Source: Candidatus Latescibacterota bacterium
GTDB lineage: Bacteria > Latescibacterota > UBA2968 > UBA8231
NCBI GenBank assembly: GCA_965217585.1
Contig: OZ244561.1
Span: forward strand, 3,040,001 to 3,104,000
Length of the DNA stretch: 64,000 bases
Reading direction: 5' to 3'
In this document: one piece after another, positions 43,860 to 54,251 of the stretch
How the letters are laid out: each line of letters starts with the position of its first letter
Numbering within the stretch: the first letter of the stretch is position 1
Position numbers and translations under genes: made by a program
Notes under the pieces: generated by a model
Told to the model about the DNA's origin: nothing
The model's database searches: none
What the model saw: only the letters and a program-made list of their open reading frames with translations

Positions 43860-46800
43860 TTACTCGGCTGCCTCTATAACAGCCCTTGGGTTGATAATGT
43901 AGGCGATAGACTCGCGGCTCCTGACGAGGAGCTTGGCAAACGGATCGCGCACCCGCACCAAACGCGGGTGAGGCGTAGCGCAGTCGAAGACGACGTAGAG
44001 CCAGTATTCGTCGCGGAGATTGCAAGCCTTGGCCCATTCATTATCACTCATTTCAATGCCGCCGGTACCGGCCCGTCCCTTGACTTCTATGGCGCGCCGT
44101 TCCGCTCCGGCACGGCGAGAAAGCAGATCGAAGCCCGGCCAGTCGGTTAGCCCGGCGCGCCGCGCTAGTTCGGGCCGCGAAACATCCTGCACCTCAGCCC
44201 CGAAGCGCTTCTCATAATCGGTAGCCACCTCCACAGCAATGGCTTCGACATCGGCATCGTAGAGCTCAGTCTCCGCGGAATCTTGGACGGGCACCACGAG
44301 GGCGTGAACGAGGAACTCGATCTCACCGGCCTGGATGAGGTTTGGTTCGGCTTGCAGTTCGGCGAGGCGATAGTTGCGGGAAGCCGTCAAGCTCCGCTGC
44401 CGTTCCTTGACCTTGGAGAGTTCCCCTTGGGCGTAGCGATTACCATCGCGGGCCATTTCGCTAAGGCGGGATCGGGCGGCGGCGAGTTCGGCAGCCTGAA
44501 AGTCGAAGCCGCGATTGACGAACTCTAGGCGTTCGGGCAGATCGTCGAGGCGGCGCTGGCGATGGGCTTGCGCGACGCGCTCACTCACGTCCTCGCGGAT
44601 GAACTGGGCAGCATCAGCGACCATGTCGCGAGCTAAGGTAGCCAGTGGCACCCGGCTCGGCGCGAAGCCGTGGGCACCTCTGAGCAGAAGCAGATGCTCG
44701 ACTGGACATTCCTCTACAGTGCCGTTGCTCAATTGGCGCAGCCCAATCAGGCGCGATTCGAGGGGCTGCGGGGCGGTCGGCCCTGCGTTGCCTTGGCTGT
44801 GCTGTTCGACGGAAATGAGTGCGATGTGAAACAGATATGCCTCGGCTGCATAAGGGTCGATGAACACGGCACCCTTGAGCCCGTCGCGTCCGAAGCGACT
44901 CAGGATCGCGCCTGAGAGGGCGTCGAACACCGGCTCGCCGGGGTGCATCCAGACCGCGCTTTCGTGGTCAGTCGGCTTGTACACCGTCAGCCGCTCGCGC
45001 GCTTCCTCGGAATAGACCTCAAGCGCGGGCAACAAGGCATCGGCCGCGCGGGGCCGGTCGGGCACCAGCGCAAACGTGGCTCCTAAGTCGCCCTCGACGC
45101 GCAAGTCGAGCAGCGGCGCAGCTCGCTCCACAAAACGGCGCACGTATCCGGGCAGCAACCGGCGATAGTTCTCCTGCTCTGCCTCGTCGTTGAGATGCGC
45201 GAGTAGCCGACGCACCTCGCCGCCTTCCCCAAAGAGCACGCGCTCTCGCTCCGCAAGAGCTTGGACTTGTTGCTCCGTAAGGTCGCCCTCCAAGCGCTCG
45301 GCAATCCTGTCGGCATCTCCAGTGACCGCCTGCTCCAGATAGTCCCGCATAGACAGCCCCTCAAACAGCCGGCCTACCACGTCGAATACCTTATCAGATT
45401 GAAGCTGGCGACGGATCGCTTCGAGCTTGTCGAGCAGGGTCTTCAGCACCCGACCCTCGCGCGTACCGCCAGCCACCAGATTGACGATGACCACTGGATC
45501 GCGCTGCTGGCCGTAGCGATGGATGCGACCCATCCGCTGTTCGAGCCGCGCTGGATTCCAGGGAACGTCGTAGTTCACCATCAGCCAGCAGAATTGCAGA
45601 TTGATCCCCTCGCCAGCGGCGTCGGTGGCCACTAGGTAATTAGCCCCGCCTTCCGCTGCCGGTTGGCGAAAAAACTCGACTTGGCGCTCGCGCTCCTGGT
45701 AGGGAAGGCCGCCGTGGATCAGAGCAACTTGACCTGTGAAGCCGAGCCCTTCGAGCCGGCGCACCAAAAACTCCGCAGTGTCGCGGTGCTCGGTGAAGAT
45801 GATGAGCTTCTCGTCGAGGTACTGCGGATCGCTGAGCACTTCGCGCAGCTTCTCGAACTTGGATTCCTCACTAGTGTTAAACAGGTTCCGAGTCTTGTCG
45901 AGCAACGCTTCGACTGTGCGACGCTCTACCTCCAGCTCGCTGAGGTTGACCGCGATAGTGCCGCTTAGGGCTTCACCCTCGAACTCCTCGTGTTGCTCGC
46001 CTCCGTCCTCGCTTGCGGCGTCCTCATCGGCGGTCCGCGTTTCAAAGATGTCGTCGAGCTTGTCGAGGCTCCGTTGCTGGCGCACGAGCTGTTCCTCGGT
46101 AAGTCGTCCATTCCGAATGTCGTCAATCAGCCCTGCGAGCTTTTCTTGCCGACGCTCGAAGGAGCGTAAGAGGGCATAGGTGGAACTAGCGAGACGCCGC
46201 TGAAAGACGCTCATCGCCAAGCGGGCAGCGGACTGGTTCAACACTCCGGCGCAGTTGTAGTAATACCCGATGTATTCGGTCGTCTCGTCGTAGAGATTCT
46301 GTTCGCTCTCTGGCCCCTGCGAGAGCTCATAGCTCAGGGTGGCGCAGTTTCGCTGTGGATACAGCGGAGCACCATCGAAGCGGACCATCTCCTCCTTGGT
46401 CCGGCGGATGAAGTGCCTCTGCCGAGAGTCGCGGGGAAAAGTGTCGAACGCGTCGTAGGTCGAGAGCGCGTCCGGCAGCAGCAGACGCCACAGGAAATAG
46501 TAGGGATAATCCTTGCCCATGTGCGGCGTGGCCGTTAGCAACAGCAGGTGTTGGGCCGACCAAGGAAGCTCCCAGCGCTCCTCCTCTACCTCGGCACCGG
46601 CTAGGGCTTCCGCCAACTTGTACTGATCCGTCTTGCGCACCCGGAAATCTGGTTGACGATCCGCGGATAGCTTGTGCGCTTCGTCGAAGACGACGAGGTC
46701 GTAGGCGTCGGTTTGCGAGTCTTTGAGGTGGCCAAACATGCGTTCCCCGGCCAAGGTGTCGATGCTGACGATTACTTGGTCGCTCTCCGGGTCGAGGAAG

Positions 46801-47204
46801 GGATTGCCGGTGCGTGCGTCTGCGCCGCTGACGATGCGGAATGACAGGCGAAACAGGGTGCGCATTTCCCGCTCCCAGTTGCCGACCAAGCCAGCCGGCG
46901 GGACGATGAGCACGCGACGGATGAGGCGGCGGGACAGCATCTCGCGCACGTATAGGCCCGTCATGATCGTTTTGCCGGCCCCTGCGTCGTCGGCTAGCAA
47001 GAATCGCAGGGCCCCCTGTTGCAGCATCTGCTCGTACACGGCAATGCGCTGATGCGGGAGCGGGTCGATCAGCGACGTTTCTGCGGCGAACGCGGAATTA
47101 AAAAGGTGTCCATAGGCGAGACGGTGCGCCTCGGCGACGGCCGAGACAGCATCTGGGTTGGCAGCGAAGTCCATGGGCAAATCGGCTAACATAAGGGATG
47201 ACAT
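43860..47204 (-). CDS. SNF2-family helicase with C-terminal DUF3883 nuclease-like domain
   Basis: LADDAGAGKT, DEAH, TATPH, TDAAGEGINLQ, QRMGRIHR; GFDLLS..IEVKG..SDNEW. Confidence 0.92.
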   Translation of the reverse strand: MSSLMLADLPMDFAANPDAVSAVAEAHRLAYGHLFNSAFAAETSLIDPLPHQRIAVYEQMLQQGALRFLLADDAGAGKTIMTGLYVREMLSRRLIRRVLIVPPAGLVGNWEREMRTLFRLSFRIVSGADARTGNPFLDPESDQVIVSIDTLAGERMFGHLKDSQTDAYDLVVFDEAHKLSADRQPDFRVRKTDQYKLAEALAGAEVEEERWELPWSAQHLLLLTATPHMGKDYPYYFLWRLLLPDALSTYDAFDTFPRDSRQRHFIRRTKEEMVRFDGAPLYPQRNCATLSYELSQGPESEQNLYDETTEYIGYYYNCAGVLNQSAARLAMSVFQRRLASSTYALLRSFERRQEKLAGLIDDIRNGRLTEEQLVRQQRSLDKLDDIFETRTADEDAASEDGGEQHEEFEGEALSGTIAVNLSELEVERRTVEALLDKTRNLFNTSEESKFEKLREVLSDPQYLDEKLIIFTEHRDTAEFLVRRLEGLGFTGQVALIHGGLPYQERERQVEFFRQPAAEGGANYLVATDAAGEGINLQFCWLMVNYDVPWNPARLEQRMGRIHRYGQQRDPVVIVNLVAGGTREGRVLKTLLDKLEAIRRQLQSDKVFDVVGRLFEGLSMRDYLEQAVTGDADRIAERLEGDLTEQQVQALAERERVLFGEGGEVRRLLAHLNDEAEQENYRRLLPGYVRRFVERAAPLLDLRVEGDLGATFALVPDRPRAADALLPALEVYSEEARERLTVYKPTDHESAVWMHPGEPVFDALSGAILSRFGRDGLKGAVFIDPYAAEAYLFHIALISVEQHSQGNAGPTAPQPLESRLIGLRQLSNGTVEECPVEHLLLLRGAHGFAPSRVPLATLARDMVADAAQFIREDVSERVAQAHRQRRLDDLPERLEFVNRGFDFQAAELAAARSRLSEMARDGNRYAQGELSKVKERQRSLTASRNYRLAELQAEPNLIQAGEIEFLVHALVVPVQDSAETELYDADVEAIAVEVATDYEKRFGAEVQDVSRPELARRAGLTDWPGFDLLSRRAGAERRAIEVKGRAGTGGIEMSDNEWAKACNLRDEYWLYVVFDCATPHPRLVRVRDPFAKLLVRSRESIAYIINPRAVIEAAE

Positions 47205-47249
47205 GCGCCTTGCTATCTCCTCACTCAGATGCCGAAGATGACGACCCCG

Positions 47250-48065
47250 CTATTCCTTCACGGCACCAGCCGTCAGCCCCTGCGTGAAAAATCGCTGGGT
47301 GAAGAGAAAGAACAGCACCGTCGGCACCAAGGCGATGATAGAGGCCGCCGAGATGTAGCGCCAGTTGACCCCAAAGACGCCTTGGAGGCTGGCCAGTCCC
47401 AATTGCAGGGTGTACAGCTCGCGGCTTTTGAGCACCACCAGCGGCCACAGAAAATCGTTCCACTGGGCCACGAACGTGAAGGCTGCCTGCGCGGCGAGGG
47501 CTGGTTTGACTAGGGGCATCATAATGCGCGCATAGATGGTCCACGGGCCGCAGCCGTCGATGCGCGCGGCGTCCTCTAAGTCGGTGGGAATGGTGGTGAA
47601 GGCTTGGCGCAGGAGAAAGATGCCAAAGGCGTTGACCGCCACTGGCAAAATGACGCCGGCGTATGAATCCACGAGGCCCAGCTTTAAGGTGACGATAAAG
47701 AGCGGGATTAAGAGGACTTGGAACGGCACCATGGTCGTGGCCAATATGCAGTAGAAGATGGCTTGGCGTCCGCGAAATTGCATGCGGGCGAGGGCGTAGC
47801 CAGCCAGCGAACAACACGCCAAGTTGAGCAGGACCGTGGCGATGGCAATGTAGAAGGTATTAAAGAGGTAGCGCACAAACGGGAGGATGTTCCAAGCCTT
47901 GGCGAAGTTGCCCCAGACGATGGGGTCGGGAATCCACTGCGGAGGATGGGCGAACAGATCGGCCGACTCGGGTTTGAGCGCGGTGGATAGTAGCCAGGCG
48001 AAAGGAACCAGCAAGATCGCGCCAACCGCGCACAGGATCGCGTAGAGCAGAATGCGCTTGGCCAT
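47250..48065 (-). CDS. carbohydrate ABC transporter permease
   Basis: EDAARIDG loop; WNDFLWPL; C-terminal GAVK. Confidence 0.92.
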   Translation of the reverse strand: MAKRILLYAILCAVGAILLVPFAWLLSTALKPESADLFAHPPQWIPDPIVWGNFAKAWNILPFVRYLFNTFYIAIATVLLNLACCSLAGYALARMQFRGRQAIFYCILATTMVPFQVLLIPLFIVTLKLGLVDSYAGVILPVAVNAFGIFLLRQAFTTIPTDLEDAARIDGCGPWTIYARIMMPLVKPALAAQAAFTFVAQWNDFLWPLVVLKSRELYTLQLGLASLQGVFGVNWRYISAASIIALVPTVLFFLFTQRFFTQGLTAGAVKE

Positions 48066-48066
48066 C

Positions 48067-49026
48067 TCAATCTCCTCGGCCGGCGAGGCGAAAGTTGAGC
48101 AGGGCAAAGATCAATATGACGACCAGCAAGCACAGCGAGACGGCCGCGGCGTACCCTACTTCGAGATATTTGAACCCGAGCGTATAGATGTAATAGGCCA
48201 ATAGGTTGGTGCGGTGGAAGGGGCCGCCGCCGGTCATTACATACACTTCGCCGAAGGTGCGCAAGGCGGCGATGGTGGCGATGATGGAGACCACGAGCGT
48301 GTAGGGCTTGATCGTCGGGATGATGACGTGGCGCACGACCTGCCACCAACCGGCTCCATCGACGCGGGCGGCTTCTTTGAGTTGGGCTGGGATGCCCTGC
48401 AAGCCGGCCAGATAGATGATCATGTAGTACGGCGCGGCCTTCCACACGGTGACCATGGCCACGGCAGACAGGGCGATCGCCGGCTCGGTCAACCACGCGG
48501 ACTGGGTCTCCACGCCTAACAGGCCCAAGAACGCCTCGGGGACGCCGCGCACATCGGCCAGCCACGACGGGCCGCTGACGCCCAGCCCCTTGAGGAAGGC
48601 GTTGAGCAGGCCGTCGGCATTGTAGAGCCACTTCCAGACGATGCCAGCGACGACGATGGAGGTGACGACCGGAATGTAGTACAGGGTGCGAAACACCTTG
48701 ATCAGCCGCAGCGAGTTGTCGAGCAGGAGGGCCATAAAAAACGAGAGCACGACGAGCGCGGGCACGACGATGATCGCGTAGAGCAGGGTATTGGCCAAGA
48801 CCCGCCAAAACAGCTCGTCGCCCCAAGTGCGGCGAAAGTTGTCGAGGCCGACAAAGGTTGGCGGCGAGAAGATGTTGTAGCGGTGCAGGCTGAGATAGAG
48901 CGTGTCGAGCAAGGGATAGGCGAAGAACACGACTAGGAGTAACAGCCCGGGGGCAAGAAAAAAATAAGGTGCGTAGCGTCCGTACATGGCGTTTGGTCTC
49001 AATGGAAGCGCGACAGGTGGTTCCAC
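48067..49026 (-). CDS. carbohydrate ABC transporter permease
   Basis: FVGLDNF, LAGLQGIP..EAARVDGA. Confidence 0.92.
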   Translation of the reverse strand: MEPPVALPLRPNAMYGRYAPYFFLAPGLLLLVVFFAYPLLDTLYLSLHRYNIFSPPTFVGLDNFRRTWGDELFWRVLANTLLYAIIVVPALVVLSFFMALLLDNSLRLIKVFRTLYYIPVVTSIVVAGIVWKWLYNADGLLNAFLKGLGVSGPSWLADVRGVPEAFLGLLGVETQSAWLTEPAIALSAVAMVTVWKAAPYYMIIYLAGLQGIPAQLKEAARVDGAGWWQVVRHVIIPTIKPYTLVVSIIATIAALRTFGEVYVMTGGGPFHRTNLLAYYIYTLGFKYLEVGYAAAVSLCLLVVILIFALLNFRLAGRGD

Positions 49027-50252
49027 TTGGATTCGATGCGGCTCAGGGCCGCGTCCGCGCTCTGCTGGCCGGCCAATGCTTTGGCGAATTCCTCGTGGAG
49101 GATGTCCTCCATCCGGCTCCAGCTTTTGACGTCGGGCGGGGCCATGACAAAGGAGTGGGCGATGTCGGCCGCGGAAAACTGGTTGGCGGCGTCGGCCAGC
49201 GTGGCGGGCGGGCGGCGAAAATAGGGGTCGGCGGCCGCTTGGACGGTCGAGGGCAAAATGGCGACGCGGCGGCAGAATTCGAGTTGGTTGGCGTCGTTGG
49301 TGACAAACAGCCCGAAGTCAACGGCTTGCTCTACGTGGGGCGAGGCTTTGGGCACGACCAAGACTTGGTTGGTGGCCGGCACTTGGCCGAGGCGGCCGCG
49401 CGGCATGGGTGCTGGTACTGCCTTTTTGGCAAAGGAGTCGTCGAAGTAGCGGGTGATCCATCCGCCGGAAAAGGGCAGCATGGCCGCGCGGCCTTCGATG
49501 AACCAATTGACCTCGTCGCGGTGGGAGGCGGCGAGGGCCTCGGGCGGAATGATCTCTTGCTGATAGGCGTCGATCCACTTCTGTAATATGGCCTTGGCCT
49601 CGGGGTGGTTGATGCGGGTGCGGCGGGCATTGGGAACGAAGAGCGGCCAGAATCCGTCTAGACGCAACAGCGCCCAAGGCGGAGCCACGAGCGAGGGATG
49701 CAGCCGCCAAGAGACGCCGTATTTGCCGGTGCGCTCGCGGATTTGGCGGCCCATGGCGAGCATTTCGTCGATGGTGGCTGGCGGGTGCTCGGGGTCGAGG
49801 CCGGCTTGGGCGAAGAGGTCCTTGTTGTACCAGAGCATGGAGACGCCGACGTACCAAGGGATGGCGTAGTTGCTGCCTTGGAAGTAGCCGACGCCGTGCC
49901 AGAAGTTGGCGAGCCGTTTGGCCTTTGCGGCGGGCGCGACCGCCTCGTCCATGTTGACGAGGATGTCGTATTGCAGGAAGCGGGGCAGGTCGTAGATGTT
50001 GGCCAAGTCTGGGGGCGCGTCGCCGACCAAGGCGGCGAGGAACTTCTCGGCCACTTCGCCGCCGCTGACATCGACCCACTTGACTTTTACGCCGGGATGC
50101 GCCTGCTCGTACTCGGCGATCATGCCCAAGATGTAGTCGGCGAATGCATCGCCGAGGGCAATGGTCCAGAACTCGAGGGTGACGGTGGCGTCTTGGCGCG
50201 GCTCAGGGCTGCAGGATGAAAGGACGAGGAGGAGCGAAAGGGCTAATGGCAT
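48999..50252 (-). CDS. family-1 sugar ABC substrate-binding lipoprotein
   Basis: Lipobox LSSC; YAIPWY..WYNKDLFAQAGLDP. Confidence 0.9.
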   Translation of the reverse strand: MPLALSLLLVLSSCSPEPRQDATVTLEFWTIALGDAFADYILGMIAEYEQAHPGVKVKWVDVSGGEVAEKFLAALVGDAPPDLANIYDLPRFLQYDILVNMDEAVAPAAKAKRLANFWHGVGYFQGSNYAIPWYVGVSMLWYNKDLFAQAGLDPEHPPATIDEMLAMGRQIRERTGKYGVSWRLHPSLVAPPWALLRLDGFWPLFVPNARRTRINHPEAKAILQKWIDAYQQEIIPPEALAASHRDEVNWFIEGRAAMLPFSGGWITRYFDDSFAKKAVPAPMPRGRLGQVPATNQVLVVPKASPHVEQAVDFGLFVTNDANQLEFCRRVAILPSTVQAAADPYFRRPPATLADAANQFSAADIAHSFVMAPPDVKSWSRMEDILHEEFAKALAGQQSADAALSRIESKWNHLSRFH

Positions 50253-50374
50253 GAAGGGGGTACGGGGCCTTGTCCACAGAATTAGAATTGGGCATTATCG
50301 CACGGCGCGGTCTGCTGACAAACTACGTTTGGGCGCATCTGCAAGCAATGCGCCAACCCCGAAAGGAGCTTTTC

Positions 50375-51568
50375 ATGCGTCTGTTTTTCTCCGTCCTGCT
50401 AGGCGCGGTCTTTTTCGCCTGCGCGGATAATCCGCTCGCGGAGCGAGTGGATGAATTAGAGCAGCGTCTTTCCTCAGTTGAAGCTGCTCAAGAGGAGGAC
50501 CGGCTGAGCCTGTTGGCGCGGCTCGATGCCCTCGCGGTGACGGCGGACAATGCCGAGGAGATCGGACAAGTCCGCGCCAAGCTGAATCAGACGAGTATTA
50601 CGCGGCGAGAATTTGAGGACCTGCAAGAGCGCGTGGACGAGTTGGAAGGCCAAATTGGGGATTGGAGCGGGATCGTCCATTCTTTGCAGTACTCCGTGTA
50701 CGCCGTGCTCCACGGTGTGTACAACGGCAACATAGAGGATGTGACTATCACATTCATCGGCACAAGCTTTGCCGTGGAAAGCGGTACGCTTGTCACCAAT
50801 GGACACATCATAGATGGACTGCTTGAATTGGACGGTCAAGTAGCGGCATTCAATGACAGGTATGGAACTGATCTACAGGGTACGTGGATCGTGGTGCAAA
50901 ACCTGACGACCGACCTCTCATACCAAGGAAATTTTTTCTTTATTGATACTTACTGGGCCCACCCGCAATGGGACCCTGACAATCTGAGTTCACCCGACGT
51001 AGGTACGCTGCACATCTCCGAAGGCTTCATTGGGCGGCGCGTCTCCTTGGCGACGAGCAGGGAGGTTTATCGATTGAGGGCCGGTGCCCCGATAGCGACT
51101 GTAGGATTTCCCGGGGAACTCCAAGGCGGCGAGCTGTCCCACCTTTTCCCGATTGCCACCTTTAAGAATGGCACGATCAGTGCTTTGCGTCCGCCTTTCC
51201 AAGGAGAGTCGTACACCGCGTCCGACACCTACGTCGTCCAGCACAATCTCGACCTTTCTGGCGGCACCAGCGGCAGCCCAATTTTCAATGCCTCGGGTCA
51301 AGTGGTGGCCATCAACAACGCGGGTATTGAGAATCTGGTTCTCAGCATAGGTGGCGCACCTACGCGCGTCCCACAAACCGCCTTGGGATTCGGCATTCGC
51401 GCCGACAAAATTCACGAACTGCTCGACGATGTGGGCGTAGTGGCCAAGCCGACGACGCCCGCCGATCCGAGCGGATTAGCCAGCAGCTTGGACGGACGGG
51501 ACATTAGCTCCCTCGACATTGGGACGACGCAGGAGGACTTGGCGGAGCGACTGGCCGGGATGCAGTAG
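50375..51568 (+). CDS. trypsin-like (S1) serine protease lipoprotein with coiled-coil stalk
   Basis: Lipobox FFAC; heptad region; VTNGH, PDVG, GGTSGSP triad motifs. Confidence 0.85.
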   Translation: MRLFFSVLLGAVFFACADNPLAERVDELEQRLSSVEAAQEEDRLSLLARLDALAVTADNAEEIGQVRAKLNQTSITRREFEDLQERVDELEGQIGDWSGIVHSLQYSVYAVLHGVYNGNIEDVTITFIGTSFAVESGTLVTNGHIIDGLLELDGQVAAFNDRYGTDLQGTWIVVQNLTTDLSYQGNFFFIDTYWAHPQWDPDNLSSPDVGTLHISEGFIGRRVSLATSREVYRLRAGAPIATVGFPGELQGGELSHLFPIATFKNGTISALRPPFQGESYTASDTYVVQHNLDLSGGTSGSPIFNASGQVVAINNAGIENLVLSIGGAPTRVPQTALGFGIRADKIHELLDDVGVVAKPTTPADPSGLASSLDGRDISSLDIGTTQEDLAERLAGMQ

Positions 51569-51586
51569 GGTCAACCGGACGCCGGA

Positions 51587-52450
51587 TCAATCGGTCTGGA
51601 TCTTGAACGACTGTACCTCGATATGCTCGTGATCCGATGTCCGCGCTTGCTTTAGGGCGTGCTCGGTCAGCGGCAGGTAGTAATGGGTCTCGGCGTTGGC
51701 TTTGATAAAGCCCTCGGCGTAAGCGCACCCGGCGGCTGTGCCGAAGGCTCCGTCGCTGGTCTCGATCCGCTTGCGCGCATACGCCCCGCCGTAGCCTTGG
51801 CTTTCTAGGCAATCCAGCGCCGCCAGCTTCTTGGCGACCACATCGGTGATGTCGATAAAGACATCGTTGTAGTAGCCGCCCTCCGAATCCCAGACACTGC
51901 GCGGAATCGCCGCAGCCCCGGTGCCGAAATAGAAAACTTGGGCGACCCGATGCGGCGGACGGTTGTCGCCGGGATCCACCCCATTGGCCAGCGCGAGCGC
52001 GTGGAGGACGATTTGACCGCAGATGGCATGGGCGTTGGTCAGCCCGTCGCCCTCCTTGGGAAAGTGAGTCAGCACCACATCTGGCCGCAGTTGGCGCACC
52101 AGCCGCGCTAGGCGGCGCACGGCTTCTTCGGTAACTTGCAACACCGCGTCGTCGGCTCCAAAAAAGTGGATTTCCTCGACGCCGAGTAGGGCACAGGCCC
52201 GCCGCACCTCGTCGGCTTTGACGTCGGCGCGCTCGGCCATCAGCGCCGTTAGTTGGTCGGCTTGCGGGACTTCGGCCCGGTGGAACATCTCGTCGCTGAT
52301 CACCTTGTCGTGGACCCTCGCGCCGTGCGTGAGCACCACGCAGCCGACCCAGTCGCCACGGGCGACGTGATGGGCCATGGTGCCGCCCGACTGGTCGAAG
52401 ATGTCGGCTGGATGTGCGCCGATGGACAATAACCGCAGATTATCGCTCAT
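51587..52450 (-). CDS. PIG-L/LmbE family deacetylase
   Basis: GAHPAD..GGT, LTHG, RPDVVLTH, YAEGF. Confidence 0.85.
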   Translation of the reverse strand: MSDNLRLLSIGAHPADIFDQSGGTMAHHVARGDWVGCVVLTHGARVHDKVISDEMFHRAEVPQADQLTALMAERADVKADEVRRACALLGVEEIHFFGADDAVLQVTEEAVRRLARLVRQLRPDVVLTHFPKEGDGLTNAHAICGQIVLHALALANGVDPGDNRPPHRVAQVFYFGTGAAAIPRSVWDSEGGYYNDVFIDITDVVAKKLAALDCLESQGYGGAYARKRIETSDGAFGTAAGCAYAEGFIKANAETHYYLPLTEHALKQARTSDHEHIEVQSFKIQTD

Positions 52451-52479
52451 AAAGAAGTTCTCCTTTCGTAGGGATGTCC

Positions 52480-53127
52480 CTATTTGAACAGGCTCTTGCG
52501 GCCTATCCTGCTGCACAAAGGGCACTCGGCCGGCTGGTGCCCGCGCGCCGGGCAATGCTCGCGGCCAAAGTAGATGATTTGTAGGTGCAGGTCGTTCCAA
52601 CTCGCCTGGGGGAAGAGGCGCTTGCAGTCCCGTTCCGTTTGCTCGACGCTCTTGCCGTTGGATAGCCCCCAGCGGTAGATCAGCCGATGGATGTGGGTAT
52701 CCACTGGAAAGGTCGGCACGCCGAAATTCTGCGCGAGAACTACTTGCGCGGTTTTGTGCCCCACCCCAGGCAGGCGCTCGAGTGCGGCCAGATCGGGCGG
52801 GACTTGGCCGCCGTGTTCGGCGAGCAGGATTTGCGACAGCTCCCAGATGGCCTTGGACTTGCGCGGGGCCAGTCCGCAAGGGTGAATGATCTGTTCGATC
52901 TCTTCCACGGCTAGCTCGACCATGCGCTCGGGCCGGTCGGCGCGGGCAAAGAGCGCGGGCGTTACTTGGTTGACGCGCGCATCCGTGCATTGCGCCGAAA
53001 GCAACACGGCAATGAGATGCGTGTAAGGGTCTCGACGCTTGAGCGGGACTGCGGGATTGGGATAGAGCCGCTGGAGTACGTCGAGGACGATCGGAACTTT
53101 GGCCGTGGTTGTTAGTGTCGCACTCAC
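52480..53127 (-). CDS. nth: endonuclease III
   Basis: LSAQCTD; HhH LPGVGHKTA; VDTHIHR; C-x6-(H)..C-x2-C remnant. Confidence 0.92.
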   Translation of the reverse strand: MSATLTTTAKVPIVLDVLQRLYPNPAVPLKRRDPYTHLIAVLLSAQCTDARVNQVTPALFARADRPERMVELAVEEIEQIIHPCGLAPRKSKAIWELSQILLAEHGGQVPPDLAALERLPGVGHKTAQVVLAQNFGVPTFPVDTHIHRLIYRWGLSNGKSVEQTERDCKRLFPQASWNDLHLQIIYFGREHCPARGHQPAECPLCSRIGRKSLFK

Positions 53128-54251
53128 TGGTCTCTGGCCGCCCACTGCTTTTTCATCTGCTCCATTTCCGCGTTGGGGCGAATTTTCCTACTGGTGATTT
53201 GATTCTCCGAATCGTAGAGCCAGCGGCCTTGGTCGTCGCGGAGGACGGGCATGCGCTGGGCAACGGCGGGAGGTGTGGCCACGCGGGTGGGTTCGGCCGC
53301 GTACCAGTAGGCGACGCTGCTCATCTCGTTGCAGAGGTGATTGCCGTGGCCGTGTTCGATGGTGGCCTTGATTTCCCGCTGGAAATGGACGGGGTTTTCG
53401 AGGTGGTGGACGTACGAGGTCTGGTAGCCGTTGGTGTTGTTTTCGTGGATGGAGGAGCCGTTGCGCAAAAAGGCGTTGTCCTGCATACCCCACGCTTGGT
53501 TGAGATAATCTTCACTGCCGGTGCCGTGCAGTTCGGGGGGCCACTTGTAGCCATCGACCCAGATCATGTCGTCGCCCTCGCCCCACCAAGTGCCCTGGAA
53601 ATTGGTGACGCTGATGTTGCAGCCGATGTAATGGCCGCGGCCTTGGGTCTCCAAGATGACGTAGTTGTTGTCCCAAGCAGTCTGTTCCTTGTTGACGATG
53701 TTGGCCTCCGGCGCGTTGACGCGGATCTCGTGGCCCCAGCCGCCAAAGGGGTTTTCGCGGCGGAACTCCGCGTGGAAATATCCGGCCTCGCTCGGCACGT
53801 CGCTGGTCTCGTAATCGACGTAGAAGTACTGGCGGTGCCGTTCGCTGCTCTCGTTGACCAGCTCGACGACGGCCCGCTGGCGGAAGGGCATTTGCGCGTA
53901 GGCGTTGAGGGCGCAGCCGGTATTAAAAACATTGTTGCTGCGCGTCGAGGCGGAAAAGAGCAGGGACTGGTAGGAGTTGACGATGCCGTGGCCGAGGCCG
54001 AAGAAATCGCCCAAAGGGCAGACCACGCTGGGGAAATCTGCGTCGTCGTAGGTGATTTTGAGCAAGCACTCTCGGTAGTGGTTGGCCTGGGTCAGCCAGA
54101 GGTGGGTGATGCGGCCGGGGCCTTTGAGGTCGGCGAGGATTGCGCTCTCGCCGGGTTCGATCCACCAAGCGTCGCTGTTGCGGCCGGTTTCGTCCCAGGA
54201 CGAGGCGCGCCCGGTCTGGGCGTTGCGGATATAGGCGAGTTGGTCGAGCAT
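53124..54251 (-). CDS. DUF2961 / GH172-family glycoside hydrolase
   Basis: GPGRITHLW, PLGDFFG, WWGEGD, GTGSEDY, IEHG. Confidence 0.88.
   Translation of the reverse strand: MLDQLAYIRNAQTGRASSWDETGRNSDAWWIEPGESAILADLKGPGRITHLWLTQANHYRECLLKITYDDADFPSVVCPLGDFFGLGHGIVNSYQSLLFSASTRSNNVFNTGCALNAYAQMPFRQRAVVELVNESSERHRQYFYVDYETSDVPSEAGYFHAEFRRENPFGGWGHEIRVNAPEANIVNKEQTAWDNNYVILETQGRGHYIGCNISVTNFQGTWWGEGDDMIWVDGYKWPPELHGTGSEDYLNQAWGMQDNAFLRNGSSIHENNTNGYQTSYVHHLENPVHFQREIKATIEHGHGNHLCNEMSSVAYWYAAEPTRVATPPAVAQRMPVLRDDQGRWLYDSENQITSRKIRPNAEMEQMKKQWAARDQ

Noticed and set aside
51587-52990. 467-aa version of the PIG-L ORF
   Set aside because: N-terminal 180 aa overlap nth in another frame; RBS supports the start at 52450
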